Assembly (NCBI GenBank): GCA_043747955.1 | Contig: JAYTOF010000159.1 | Span: 1 to 63,038 of the forward strand | Reading direction: 5' to 3' | DNA: 63,038 nt | Source of the DNA: Chitinophagaceae bacterium | GTDB taxonomy: Bacteria; Bacteroidota; Bacteroidia; Chitinophagales; Chitinophagaceae | In this document: positions 41,138 through 51,303 of the stretch, one piece after another | Layout of the letters: every line of letters starts with the position of its first letter | How positions within the stretch are numbered: position 1 is the first letter of the stretch | Position numbers and translations under genes: made by a program | Notes under the pieces: generated by a model | Told to the model about the DNA's origin: nothing | Database searches by the model: none | Seen by the model: only the letters and a program-made list of their open reading frames with translations

Positions 41138-44100
41138 ATGTATCATAAACCTTCAAGCTTTCTTTTATTTTCATTTTGCATCGGTATCCTTAGTTTTTCC
41201 TGTACCAATAAGAAAGATGTCGAAGAACGGCTTTTTCAACTGATGGATAAAACCGGGATTGATTTTAATAATGTAGTGGAAGATGACAGCCTGGAAAACG
41301 GTTTTTTATTTCGTAATTTTTATAATGGAAACGGTGTAGCAATCGGGGATATCAATAATGATAGCCTGCCGGATATATTTTTTACATCAAATGTTGGGGA
41401 AAATAAATTATTCCTCAATAAGGGCGGTTTTATCTTCGAAGATATTTCTGACAGGGCCGGCATTATTAAAGACGATAAATGGAATACCGGGGTTGTGTTT
41501 GCTGATGTGAATGCAGATGGATGGCTTGATATCTATGTTTGCGCATCCGGCCATATGGGAACCGGAACCAGAAAAAATAAACTCTACATAAATAATCACC
41601 TTTCTCCCTCTCCAGATGGAGAAGGCAGGGGTGAGGTTACATTTACCGAACAGGCATCAAAATTTGGCCTTGATATTTCAGCCTATACCACCCAGGTTTC
41701 TTTCTTTGATTATGACGGCGATGGAGACCTGGATTTTTTTATGATCAACAATAGTCCTATACCCATTAACCAGTTAAATTATGCCAATAAAAGAGATACG
41801 CCTGACAGCTTATGGAAGATTGCAGATTTCTTAAAAGGGGGTGGTGATCATCTGTATAAAAATGATAACGGGCATTTTACGGAAGTTACCAGTAGCGCCG
41901 GTATTCATGGCGGACTGATCAGTTTTGGTTTGGGTGTTTCCGTAACAGATATAAACTTAGATGGCTGGCCGGATATTTTTATTTCAAACGACTCTTACGA
42001 ACGGGATTATTTATACATCAACCAACAGAACGGAACCTTTAAAGATGAAATGGAAGACTGGTTTCAACATACCAGCTTTTCTTCGATGGGTGCCGATGTG
42101 GGGGATATCAATAATGACGGCTATCCCGATCTGTTTACGACCGATATGTTGCCGGTTAATGATTACCGTTTAAAAACCACCGGTTCGTTCGACAATATCA
42201 GCCTGTTTACCGATAAGTTAAAATCGGGATTTTATTATCAATACACTAAAAACTGCCTGCAACTGAATAATAAAAACGGAAAATTTATTGATGTAGCCAG
42301 ATACAGTGGCGTGGCCGCTACCGACTGGAGTTGGGGCGCTTTAATATTTGATATGGATAATGACGGATGGAATGACCTGTATGTTTGCAATGGCGTAAAC
42401 CGGGATGTTACGGATCTTGATTTTACCGATTTTTTTGCCAATGATGTCAATCAGGAAATGGTTTTATCAGGTAAAAAGAAATCGGTTGATAAAATATTAC
42501 AAAAAATACCCCGTACGCCATTGCCCAATAAAGTTTACCGGAATAACAAAAATCTGCACTTTGCAGATGCTGGTAATGAATGGGGATTAGCACAGCCATC
42601 CTATTCAAACGGGGCTGCCTATGCCGATCTTGATAATGATGGCGACCTTGACCTGGTGGTCTGCAATCAAAATCAACCGGCCTTTATTTATAAGAACCGG
42701 TCAAGGGAGATCAACCAAAATAATTTTATCAGTTTTTTGCTAAAAGGAAAAGATAATAACCCTTTTGCAGTTGGCAGCAAAGTACAGGTCTTCAGTAAAT
42801 CAGAAATTTTAACACGTGAATTATTTCCCAGCAGGGGTTTTCAATCATCGGTTGATTATAAATTGGTTTTTGGATTGGGAAAAAATACAATAATTGATTC
42901 TGCTGTTATTGCCTGGCCCGACAGAACAACCAGCACTTTTATTGCACCCCAAATAAATAAACTACATGTTGTTGATCAGTCTGTAGCAACGGTTACCGTT
43001 GAAAAAATTAAGGAAGACATACCTGTGTCAACAACCTTCTCCATGCAGGCCAGTAGTTTTGAAAAGCACCAGGAAAATAATTATGTTGATTTTTATAATG
43101 AGCGATTGGTTCCCCATGCACTTTCACGGGAGGGCCCAAAGGCAACAACAGCCGATGTTAACGGCGATGGCCGCACCGATATTTTTATTGGTGCAGCTGA
43201 AGGCGGAACCGGACAACTTTATCTGCAAACCCCTTCAGGCACATTTATAAAAAAGGAAGAAAAGCATTTTAAACAGCCATACCGGTATGAAGATGTAGCC
43301 ACACTATTCTTTGATTGTGATACCGATGGCGATATGGATCTGCTGATTTGCCCTGGGGGAAATAACCACCTGCTTAACAGCCCGGAACTAAGATTACGAC
43401 TGTTTAAAAATGACAGTAAAGGAAATTTTACATTGGATGATGCAGCCTTTCCCTTTTTAAACATGAATATTTCGGTTGTCATAGCCAATGATTTTAATGA
43501 AGATGGTTACCCCGATCTTTTTATTGGTGCCAGAAGTTACCCCGGAGTTTATGGAAAAGATCCGCAGAGCGCATTATTTGTAAATGATGGTAAAGGACAT
43601 TTCACTGATATAGCAAAAAACAGGAATCCGGATATTGCAGCTATAGGCATGGTGACCGGGGCAGTTTGGGCAGACATTGCCGGCGACAAACGAAAAGAGC
43701 TGATCATTGTTGGCGAGTGGATGTCGCCCAGGGTATTCTCTTTTAATAAAGATCATTTTGATGAAGTAAAAACAAACCTCAGTGATCATTATGGCTGGTG
43801 GCAAACCATTGCAACAGCAGATGTGAACAATGATGGAAAAGAAGATTTGATACTGGGAAATATCGGCGAAAATTTTTACCTGGATCCAACCTCTGAAAGG
43901 CCGGCAAAATTATGGATGAATGATTTTGATAAGAACGGAGAGATGGATAAGCTGATGACCTATACCATTGAAAGTAAGGACATGCCGGTATTTTTAAAAC
44001 GGGATGTGCAGGAACAGATTCCCGGCCTTAAAAAACAAAACCTGAAGCATAGCGATTATGCAACCAAATCTATTCAGGAATTATTTGCACCGGAGTTGAT

Positions 44101-44509
44101 CAAATCGGCTGTGGTAAAGCAATTCAATTACACGCCCTCCTGCGTGGTAATCAACCAGGGCAATGCTCAATTTTTAATGCAGCAATTACCGGTGATGGCG
44201 CAACTATCCTGCATCAATGCCATTCAACCGGTTGATGTGAATGGAGATGGATTTGTTGACCTGGTAACCGGCGGAAACCAGTTTGGATTTTTACCACAGT
44301 TTGAAAAACTGGATGGCAGTTTCGGAGATGTGCTGATCAATGACGGCAAAGGAAATTTTGTATGCCTGGATTCGAAGAAAACCGGGTTAAATTTAAGAGG
44401 CGAATTAAGGGATATTGCACTCATTAAAAATCCGAAAGGCAGTTTTTTATTGTTTTTACAGAATAATGAATTTCCTGCTTATTATAAATTAAATGGCCTA
44501 TCAAAGTAA
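41138..44509 (+). CDS. FG-GAP/VCBS-repeat + ASPIC/UnbV (CRTAC1-like) lipoprotein, paralog 1
   Basis: Lipobox ILSFSC; many D-x-[DN]-x-DG-x-x-D Ca-binding repeats; central ASPIC/UnbV-like segment (SRGFQSS...FGLG); ATG 41138 preferred to TTG 41108. Confidence 0.85.
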   Translation: MYHKPSSFLLFSFCIGILSFSCTNKKDVEERLFQLMDKTGIDFNNVVEDDSLENGFLFRNFYNGNGVAIGDINNDSLPDIFFTSNVGENKLFLNKGGFIFEDISDRAGIIKDDKWNTGVVFADVNADGWLDIYVCASGHMGTGTRKNKLYINNHLSPSPDGEGRGEVTFTEQASKFGLDISAYTTQVSFFDYDGDGDLDFFMINNSPIPINQLNYANKRDTPDSLWKIADFLKGGGDHLYKNDNGHFTEVTSSAGIHGGLISFGLGVSVTDINLDGWPDIFISNDSYERDYLYINQQNGTFKDEMEDWFQHTSFSSMGADVGDINNDGYPDLFTTDMLPVNDYRLKTTGSFDNISLFTDKLKSGFYYQYTKNCLQLNNKNGKFIDVARYSGVAATDWSWGALIFDMDNDGWNDLYVCNGVNRDVTDLDFTDFFANDVNQEMVLSGKKKSVDKILQKIPRTPLPNKVYRNNKNLHFADAGNEWGLAQPSYSNGAAYADLDNDGDLDLVVCNQNQPAFIYKNRSREINQNNFISFLLKGKDNNPFAVGSKVQVFSKSEILTRELFPSRGFQSSVDYKLVFGLGKNTIIDSAVIAWPDRTTSTFIAPQINKLHVVDQSVATVTVEKIKEDIPVSTTFSMQASSFEKHQENNYVDFYNERLVPHALSREGPKATTADVNGDGRTDIFIGAAEGGTGQLYLQTPSGTFIKKEEKHFKQPYRYEDVATLFFDCDTDGDMDLLICPGGNNHLLNSPELRLRLFKNDSKGNFTLDDAAFPFLNMNISVVIANDFNEDGYPDLFIGARSYPGVYGKDPQSALFVNDGKGHFTDIAKNRNPDIAAIGMVTGAVWADIAGDKRKELIIVGEWMSPRVFSFNKDHFDEVKTNLSDHYGWWQTIATADVNNDGKEDLILGNIGENFYLDPTSERPAKLWMNDFDKNGEMDKLMTYTIESKDMPVFLKRDVQEQIPGLKKQNLKHSDYATKSIQELFAPELIKSAVVKQFNYTPSCVVINQGNAQFLMQQLPVMAQLSCINAIQPVDVNGDGFVDLVTGGNQFGFLPQFEKLDGSFGDVLINDGKGNFVCLDSKKTGLNLRGELRDIALIKNPKGSFLLFLQNNEFPAYYKLNGLSK
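41601..41636 (+). repeat. 36-nt hairpin/G-tail element in frame (LSPSPDGEGRGEV)
   Basis: tttctccctctccagatggagaaggcaggggtgagg; 32/36 identical to 44997-45032. Confidence 0.75.
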
Positions 44510-44536
44510 CAATAACCGCAACTCTGTTTTTATAAT

Positions 44537-47500
44537 ATGCACGTAATTAAAAAATATACCAGCCTTTTTTGTTGCCTGTTGCTGTTTATTCTTTCGTGCA
44601 AAACAAAAAAAACCGCCCCGCCATTATTTGAACTCCTGAAAAATTCGGGTATTAATTTTGTGAATACCGTGCAGGATAATGATTCCATCAATATCCTTAA
44701 TTACCGCAATTTTTACAATGGTGCCGGTGTTGCTGTGGGCGATCTGAATAATGATGGTTTGGCAGATGTTTTTTTTACTGCCAATCAAGGCAGTAATAAA
44801 TTATTTATAAATAAAGGCAATTTGCAGTTTGAAGACATATCTGCCAGAGCAGGGTTTAACAATAAGATGCAATACAGTACGGGTGTGGTTTTTGTTGATA
44901 TCAACAACGATGGCTGGCTGGATATTTATGTTTGCAATGCCGGAAATATGCAGGATGCTGCCCTGCGAAAAAATCAGTTATTCATCAATAACCACCTTTC
45001 TCCTTCTCAAGGTGGAGAGGGCAGGGGTGAGGTTAGTTTTACAGACAGTGCGGCACAATATGGCCTTGACAATGATGGGTACAGCACACAGTCCAGCTTT
45101 TTTGATTATGATATGGATGGCGACCTGGATTGTTTTATCATCAATAACAGTCCGGTACCGGTAAGTAGTTTGGGCTATCCCAAACAAAGAGACCTGCATG
45201 CCAACGAATGGAAAGTGGCTGATCATTTAAAAGGTGGTGGCGATCATTTATACCGGAATGATAACGGGCATTTTACCGAAGTAACGCAACAGGCCGGTAT
45301 CCATGGTTCATTGATGAGTTTTGGATTGGGTGTAACGGTAGGAGATATTAATGGCGATAACTATCCCGATGTTTATGTGTCGAACGATTTTTTTGAAAGG
45401 GATTATTTATACATCAACCAAAAAAACGGAACTTTTAAAGATGAGCTGGAAGAAAGGCTGAAACACAACAGCTATGCCTCCATGGGTGCCGATTTTGGCG
45501 ATATCAATAATGATGGATACCCCGAGATCTTTACAACTGATATGCTGCCTGCCGATGATTACCGGCTAAAAACAACGTTAAGTTTTGATGATATAGATCA
45601 ATACCGGCTTAAAGAACGTAACGGATTTTTTCACCAGTTTCTGCAAAACACCCTGCAACTGAATGACGGGCACGGAAAATTCAAAGATATTGCCAACTTT
45701 AGCGGGGTGAATGCATCGGAGTGGAGCTGGGGAGCTTTGATGTTTGATGCAGATAATGATGGTTATAATGACCTGTATGTTTGTAATGGCATTTACCGCG
45801 ATCTGACCAACCAGGATTTTTTAAGTTTTGATGCCAATGAAATTAAAGAGCAGATGATGGTGTCGGGCAAAAAAAATCTGAGTGAACTGGTAAAAAGAAT
45901 CCCTTCCATAGCGGTGCCCAATAAGATGTACCGTAACCTGGGCAACCTGCCTGTCGGACAGGCAGGTTTAAAATTTGCTGATGAAGGCATGAACTGGGGG
46001 TTCACCGAAAATTCTTTTTCAAACGGAGCAGCTTATGCCGACCTTGATAATGACGGAGACCTTGACCTGGTTGTAAACAATGTAAATGAACCGGCATTTG
46101 TTTTTAAAAATAACAGCCGTGTGCAACATAAAAATAATTTTATTGGGGTTAACCTGAAAGGCGGCTCACAAAATACTTTCGCCATTGGCAGTAAAATTTT
46201 TATTTACAAAGGCAAAGAGATTTACAGCCGGGAAGTAATGCCCAGCCGCGGATTTCAATCATCAGTTGAATATCGCCAGGTAATCGGTATTGGTGAATCG
46301 GGTCAGGTTGATTCAATGCTGATCATCTGGCCCGACCTTAGTTTTACAAAAACGATCCATCCGGCGATCAATACTTATATCAGTTACAGTCAGCCGGTCA
46401 ATGGTGAAAAAATTAAAAAAGCAAAAGCAATTGATTCTGAAACGCTGTTTGAAAAGGTAACTTCCGCTTTTGAAAAAAATGCCGATGATGATTTTATTGA
46501 TTTTTACAGTGAACGCGGCATACCACAAATGAATTCGCATGAAGGGCCAAAAGCAGCGGTGGCAGATGTGAATGGGGATGGGCTGGATGATGTTTATATT
46601 GGAGGTACCGTTTTAAAACCCGGACAATTATACCTGCAACAAGCATCGGGATCTTTTATTAAAAAAGGAGAAGACATCTTTAAACAGTCAAGTGGTTTTA
46701 CAGATGCTGCCAGTTTGTTTTTTGATTGTGATAAAGATGGCGACCAGGATCTGATGGTTACTGCTGGTGGCAATGAAGTCTTACCTTTTAGTGCTGAATT
46801 ACAGCATCGGTTATTTATAAATGATGGACAGGGTAATTTTAAAATTGCACCAACAGCCTTCCCTGCAAATAAAGACAATATCGGCGTTTCCATTGCCCAT
46901 GATTTTGACGGAGATGGCGACCAGGACCTGTTTACTGGCGGAGGCTTTGTAAGCCGTGGATATGGAGTAACACCGCTGAGCCATATTTATTTGAATGATG
47001 GCAAAGGTAACTTTAGTGATATGCCTGCCGGCAAATGCAAAGGAATTACAGATGCAGGAATGGTAACCGGTGCAGTTTGGGTAGATATGGATGGAGATAA
47101 AAAAGAAGAACTGGTGATCGTGGGAGAATGGATGAGTCCTAAGATATTCAGGTATACCAACATTGGTTTTACAGAGATACAAACCAATCTTTCTTCCATT
47201 TCGGGTTGGTGGCAAACAGTTGCTGCAGCTGATTTAAACGGGGATGGAAGAACTGACCTGGTACTCGGTAATTTTGGAGAAAATTTTTCACTGAAAGCAG
47301 ATACTGAGAATCCGGTTAAATTATTTTTAAATGATTTTGACAACAATGGCCAGATTGATAAAATACTGACAAGAACCGTGGATGGCAAAGACAAACCGGT
47401 TTTTATGAAAACCGAACTGGAAAGCCAGTTGCCGTTTCTGAAAAAGCAAAATCTGCACAATGCGGAATTTGCAACAAAGAATATGCAGGACCTGTTCAGC

Positions 47501-47935
47501 AAAGCACAATTGGAAAAAGCGGTCATCAGGCAAATCAATTATTCATCTTCCTGCATCGCATTCAATAATGGGAAAGGGAATTTCAGCATAAAAAAACTGC
47601 CGCTGCCTGTTCAGCTTTCTTCTGTAAAAAAAATATTGCCTTTAGATGTTAATGCAGATGGATTCATCGATCTGGTGATGGGTGGAAACGAATTTGGATT
47701 TCAACCACAGCTGGGCCGGTTAGATGCCAGCGATGGAGATGTATTGATAAACGATGGGAAAGGTAATTTTATGGTGATGGATCAAAACCTTTCCGGTATT
47801 GCATTACCGGTGCAGTTGCGGGATATTGTTTTAGTAAAACGAAAAGGGAATGCGGCTGTTTTGTTTTTACAGAATAATGAATGGCCTGTTTTATACGAAT
47901 TGAAAATAAAAACAAATAAACCTTTAAAAAAATAA
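44537..47935 (+). CDS. FG-GAP/VCBS-repeat + ASPIC/UnbV lipoprotein, paralog 2
   Basis: Lipobox LFILSC; same repeat architecture as paralog 1. Confidence 0.85.
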   Translation: MHVIKKYTSLFCCLLLFILSCKTKKTAPPLFELLKNSGINFVNTVQDNDSINILNYRNFYNGAGVAVGDLNNDGLADVFFTANQGSNKLFINKGNLQFEDISARAGFNNKMQYSTGVVFVDINNDGWLDIYVCNAGNMQDAALRKNQLFINNHLSPSQGGEGRGEVSFTDSAAQYGLDNDGYSTQSSFFDYDMDGDLDCFIINNSPVPVSSLGYPKQRDLHANEWKVADHLKGGGDHLYRNDNGHFTEVTQQAGIHGSLMSFGLGVTVGDINGDNYPDVYVSNDFFERDYLYINQKNGTFKDELEERLKHNSYASMGADFGDINNDGYPEIFTTDMLPADDYRLKTTLSFDDIDQYRLKERNGFFHQFLQNTLQLNDGHGKFKDIANFSGVNASEWSWGALMFDADNDGYNDLYVCNGIYRDLTNQDFLSFDANEIKEQMMVSGKKNLSELVKRIPSIAVPNKMYRNLGNLPVGQAGLKFADEGMNWGFTENSFSNGAAYADLDNDGDLDLVVNNVNEPAFVFKNNSRVQHKNNFIGVNLKGGSQNTFAIGSKIFIYKGKEIYSREVMPSRGFQSSVEYRQVIGIGESGQVDSMLIIWPDLSFTKTIHPAINTYISYSQPVNGEKIKKAKAIDSETLFEKVTSAFEKNADDDFIDFYSERGIPQMNSHEGPKAAVADVNGDGLDDVYIGGTVLKPGQLYLQQASGSFIKKGEDIFKQSSGFTDAASLFFDCDKDGDQDLMVTAGGNEVLPFSAELQHRLFINDGQGNFKIAPTAFPANKDNIGVSIAHDFDGDGDQDLFTGGGFVSRGYGVTPLSHIYLNDGKGNFSDMPAGKCKGITDAGMVTGAVWVDMDGDKKEELVIVGEWMSPKIFRYTNIGFTEIQTNLSSISGWWQTVAAADLNGDGRTDLVLGNFGENFSLKADTENPVKLFLNDFDNNGQIDKILTRTVDGKDKPVFMKTELESQLPFLKKQNLHNAEFATKNMQDLFSKAQLEKAVIRQINYSSSCIAFNNGKGNFSIKKLPLPVQLSSVKKILPLDVNADGFIDLVMGGNEFGFQPQLGRLDASDGDVLINDGKGNFMVMDQNLSGIALPVQLRDIVLVKRKGNAAVLFLQNNEWPVLYELKIKTNKPLKK
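44997..45032 (+). repeat. 36-nt hairpin/G-tail element in frame (LSPSQGGEGRGEV)
   Basis: tttctccttctcaaggtggagagggcaggggtgagg. Confidence 0.75.
45946..45966. repeat. 21-nt palindromic element in frame in paralog 2
   Basis: cctgcctgtcggacaggcagg; with flanks forms a perfect 12-bp inverted repeat (45944-45968); adds 7 aa relative to paralogs 1 and 3. Confidence 0.85.
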
Positions 47936-47950
47936 CAGCTCCGGGTCTGT

Positions 47951-50900
47951 ATGAATAAATTATCTGTCTATATCATTTTATTTGCAATATGCCCGTTTGC
48001 TGTTTTCTTTAGTTCCTGTAAAAAAAGATCGGCACCTGTTGGCCCTTCTATATTTGAAGTATTGAAAGCAGATAAAACCAATTTGCAATTTTCAAATGAT
48101 CTGAAACCTACAGCAGAGTTTAACATGCTTAAGTACATGTACTATTATAATGGAGCCGGTGTTGGAGCAGGTGATTTTAATAATGACGGCAGGATTGATC
48201 TTTTTTTTGCCAGTAACCAGGGCCAGAACAGTATGTACCTGAATGAGGGGAATATGCAGTTTAAAGAGGTAACAAAGGAAGCTCAGATACCTGTTGAGAA
48301 AGCCTGGAGCACCGGAGTAAGTGTTTTGGATATCAATAATGATGGCATGCTTGATCTGTATATTTGCCGGGTTGGAAATTATAAAACACTGCAGGGAAAA
48401 AATGAACTATTGGTTTGTACCGTAATAAAAAACGGAATACCGGTTTACCGGGATGAAACAGATGCATACGGACTTGGATTTTCCGGCTTCAGTACCCAAT
48501 CGGCTTTTTTTGATTTTGATGGCGATGGTGACCTGGATATGTTCTTAATGAATCACTCCATAAATCACAACGGGAATTTTGCACCAAGGGCTAATTTTTT
48601 AAATACCTATGATAGCCTTGCAGGAAGCCAGTTTTTTAGAAATGACAAGGGCCATTATACAAATATTACCAAACAGTGTGGTATCAACAGCAGCAGGATC
48701 AGTTATGGTTTAGGAATCGCTATCAGCGATATTAACCTGGATGGATGGCCTGATATTTATATTGGCAATGATTTTCATGAAAATGATTACCTCTACATCA
48801 ACCAGAAGAACGGGAGTTTCAAAGAAGAGTTGAATGATCATATCATGCATACCAGCCAGTTCAGCATGGGGGTGGATGTGGCAGATATCAATAACGATAT
48901 GTATCCCGATGTGATCTCTATGGACATGCTGCCTTATGACCCGGCAATATTAAAACGTTCGCTGGGCGAAGATGAATACCAGACAAGCCTGGAAAAAAGA
49001 AAATATGGGTATAATCACCAGTACTCCAGAAATAACCTGCAGTTGACCCAGGGAAACGGAATGTTTGCCGAGACTGGTTTTTACAGCGGCATTTATGCTA
49101 CTGACTGGAGCTGGAGCAGCTTATGGATGGACTTTGACAATGATGGAAACAAGGATCTTTTTATCAGCAACGGAATTCCCAAAAGATTAAATGATATTGA
49201 TTATATAACCTACCTGGTGAATGACCAGATGCAGGAAAAAATACAGGGCCAGAACCTGGATGAAAGTGATATGGCCATGATCAATAAATTTCCGGAAATA
49301 AAACTGCCCAACCGGTTTTTTAAAAATACGGGTAGTGCCCGGTTTGAAGATGTAAGCAATAATATACAGGGCAATCCCAATTCATTCAGTAATGGCGCAG
49401 TGTATGCCGACCTGGATAATGACGGTGACCTGGATATTGTGGTAAATAATATCTGGAGCCCGGCACTGCTGTATAAAAATAATGCAGCGCAAAAAAATAA
49501 TTATTTCAATCTTACATTAAAGGGCCCTAATCAGAATATAAATGCATTGGGTGCTAAATGTTTTGCTTTCTGCCAGGGTGAAGTTATCTATTACGAAAAA
49601 TATGCTGTAAAAGGTTTTATGTCATCCATGGAAATACCCTTGCATATTGGTTTTGGAAAAAAGAAAGCTGATTCCCTTATTTTAGTTTGGCCCGATAATA
49701 CATTTCAATATCTGCTGGTTGATTCAGTGAATCATAGTTTAACTGTGGAATGGAAAAAAGGGTTGCCGGTATTTGACTACAATATGGTAAAGGGTTATTT
49801 TAAACCGCTTGGTAAACCCATGACAGATATTACTGCTGCAACCCATTTGGATTATATACATGAAGAAAATAATTTTAATGAGTTTAACCGGGAATTGCTT
49901 TTGCCAAAAATGTTCGGCAGTGAAGGGCCGGCGCTGGCAGTTGCTGATGTAAATGGGGATGGTTTGGATGATGTTTTTATTGGCAGCAGCAAATGGAAAA
50001 CAAGTGCTTTATTTTTTCAAAATAAGAACGGGACTTTTTCGGGATCAGCTCAACCAGGGTTTTTACAGGACAGCACGTATGAAGATGTTGATGCCTGTTT
50101 TGTGGATATTAATAATGATGGATTTACCGATCTGGCAGTAGCCAGTGGAGGCAATGAATTTTTTGCACAGGAAGAATGGCGTAAACCCAGGGTTTATCTG
50201 AACGATGGCAAAGGCAATATGAAAAAATCACCCAATGCCTTTCCTGCAATTTATCAAACACAATCCTGTATTAAACCCTGCGATTTTAATAAGGATGGTT
50301 TTGTTGATCTTTTTTTAGGAGCCAGGGTAACGCCTTTTCAATATGGCAAAATTCCAACTTCCGCACTTTTGCAAAATGATGGAACCGGGCATTTTACAGA
50401 TGTTACCAATACTTTAGCAACAGGTTTAAGTGATATAGGTTTTGTAACCAATGCAGCATGGGCCGATATCAACCGGGATCAACAACCGGATCTGATCGTA
50501 TCACTGGAGTGGGGCGGGATAGAGGCTTTTATTTTTAACAAAGGGAAATACATAAAAAAAGAACTGACCAATAAACATGGCTGGTGGAATTTTATATTAC
50601 CGGTAGATATTGATGGCGATGGCGATATGGATTTTATTGCCGGTAACCAGGGACAGAACAGTATTTTTCAACCAACGCTAAAAGAGCCTATACGGATGTA
50701 TTATAACGACTTTGATGATAATGGTACAAAAGAACAGATCGTTACCTATTATCAGCAGGGGATAGAAATCCCGATGGCTACCAAGATGGACCTGGAAAAA
50801 CAAATGCCATTTATCAAGAAGAAGTATTTATATGCAGGTGATTTTTCCAAAGCATCTTTAACAGATATTTTCCCTGCTAAAAAACTAAGTACTGCTTCCA

Positions 50901-51271
50901 TCTTTACTGCAGATTACTTTTCAAATGCAGTTTTAATAAATGATGGGAATGGGAATTTTTCAGTAAAGGAACTTCCCTGGCAGGCACAGTTATCCTGTTT
51001 AAAAGATGCAACCGTATTTGATGCCAACGGAGATAATTTGCCTGATATTTTAACCGGCGGTAATTTTTATGAACAGGCAATGCCATTAAACAGGAATGAT
51101 GCCAGTTTTGGCACCATACTGGTCAATAAGGGCAATGGAAATTTTGCAGCAGAGAATATAAATGGCATCATCATTAAAAATCAGGTGCGCCATATCAGTC
51201 CGGTCAATATTAATAAAAAGATAGGGTATGCAATTGCAAGGAATAATGATACTTTGCTGATCATACAATAA
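47951..51271 (+). CDS. FG-GAP/VCBS-repeat + ASPIC/UnbV lipoprotein, paralog 3
   Basis: Lipobox VFFSSC; same repeat architecture. Confidence 0.85.
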   Translation: MNKLSVYIILFAICPFAVFFSSCKKRSAPVGPSIFEVLKADKTNLQFSNDLKPTAEFNMLKYMYYYNGAGVGAGDFNNDGRIDLFFASNQGQNSMYLNEGNMQFKEVTKEAQIPVEKAWSTGVSVLDINNDGMLDLYICRVGNYKTLQGKNELLVCTVIKNGIPVYRDETDAYGLGFSGFSTQSAFFDFDGDGDLDMFLMNHSINHNGNFAPRANFLNTYDSLAGSQFFRNDKGHYTNITKQCGINSSRISYGLGIAISDINLDGWPDIYIGNDFHENDYLYINQKNGSFKEELNDHIMHTSQFSMGVDVADINNDMYPDVISMDMLPYDPAILKRSLGEDEYQTSLEKRKYGYNHQYSRNNLQLTQGNGMFAETGFYSGIYATDWSWSSLWMDFDNDGNKDLFISNGIPKRLNDIDYITYLVNDQMQEKIQGQNLDESDMAMINKFPEIKLPNRFFKNTGSARFEDVSNNIQGNPNSFSNGAVYADLDNDGDLDIVVNNIWSPALLYKNNAAQKNNYFNLTLKGPNQNINALGAKCFAFCQGEVIYYEKYAVKGFMSSMEIPLHIGFGKKKADSLILVWPDNTFQYLLVDSVNHSLTVEWKKGLPVFDYNMVKGYFKPLGKPMTDITAATHLDYIHEENNFNEFNRELLLPKMFGSEGPALAVADVNGDGLDDVFIGSSKWKTSALFFQNKNGTFSGSAQPGFLQDSTYEDVDACFVDINNDGFTDLAVASGGNEFFAQEEWRKPRVYLNDGKGNMKKSPNAFPAIYQTQSCIKPCDFNKDGFVDLFLGARVTPFQYGKIPTSALLQNDGTGHFTDVTNTLATGLSDIGFVTNAAWADINRDQQPDLIVSLEWGGIEAFIFNKGKYIKKELTNKHGWWNFILPVDIDGDGDMDFIAGNQGQNSIFQPTLKEPIRMYYNDFDDNGTKEQIVTYYQQGIEIPMATKMDLEKQMPFIKKKYLYAGDFSKASLTDIFPAKKLSTASIFTADYFSNAVLINDGNGNFSVKELPWQAQLSCLKDATVFDANGDNLPDILTGGNFYEQAMPLNRNDASFGTILVNKGNGNFAAENINGIIIKNQVRHISPVNINKKIGYAIARNNDTLLIIQ

Positions 51272-51303
51272 CAGAAAGTTTTTTTATATAGCTTTTCTTA
51301 AAT

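Noticed and set aside
41138-51271. Recurrent gatatcaataatgatgg-like DNA repeats that could suggest a CRISPR or tandem array
   Set aside because: They are codons of FG-GAP D-x-N-x-D-G motifs with irregular spacing inside long ORFs; there are no cas genes or constant repeat-spacer period.
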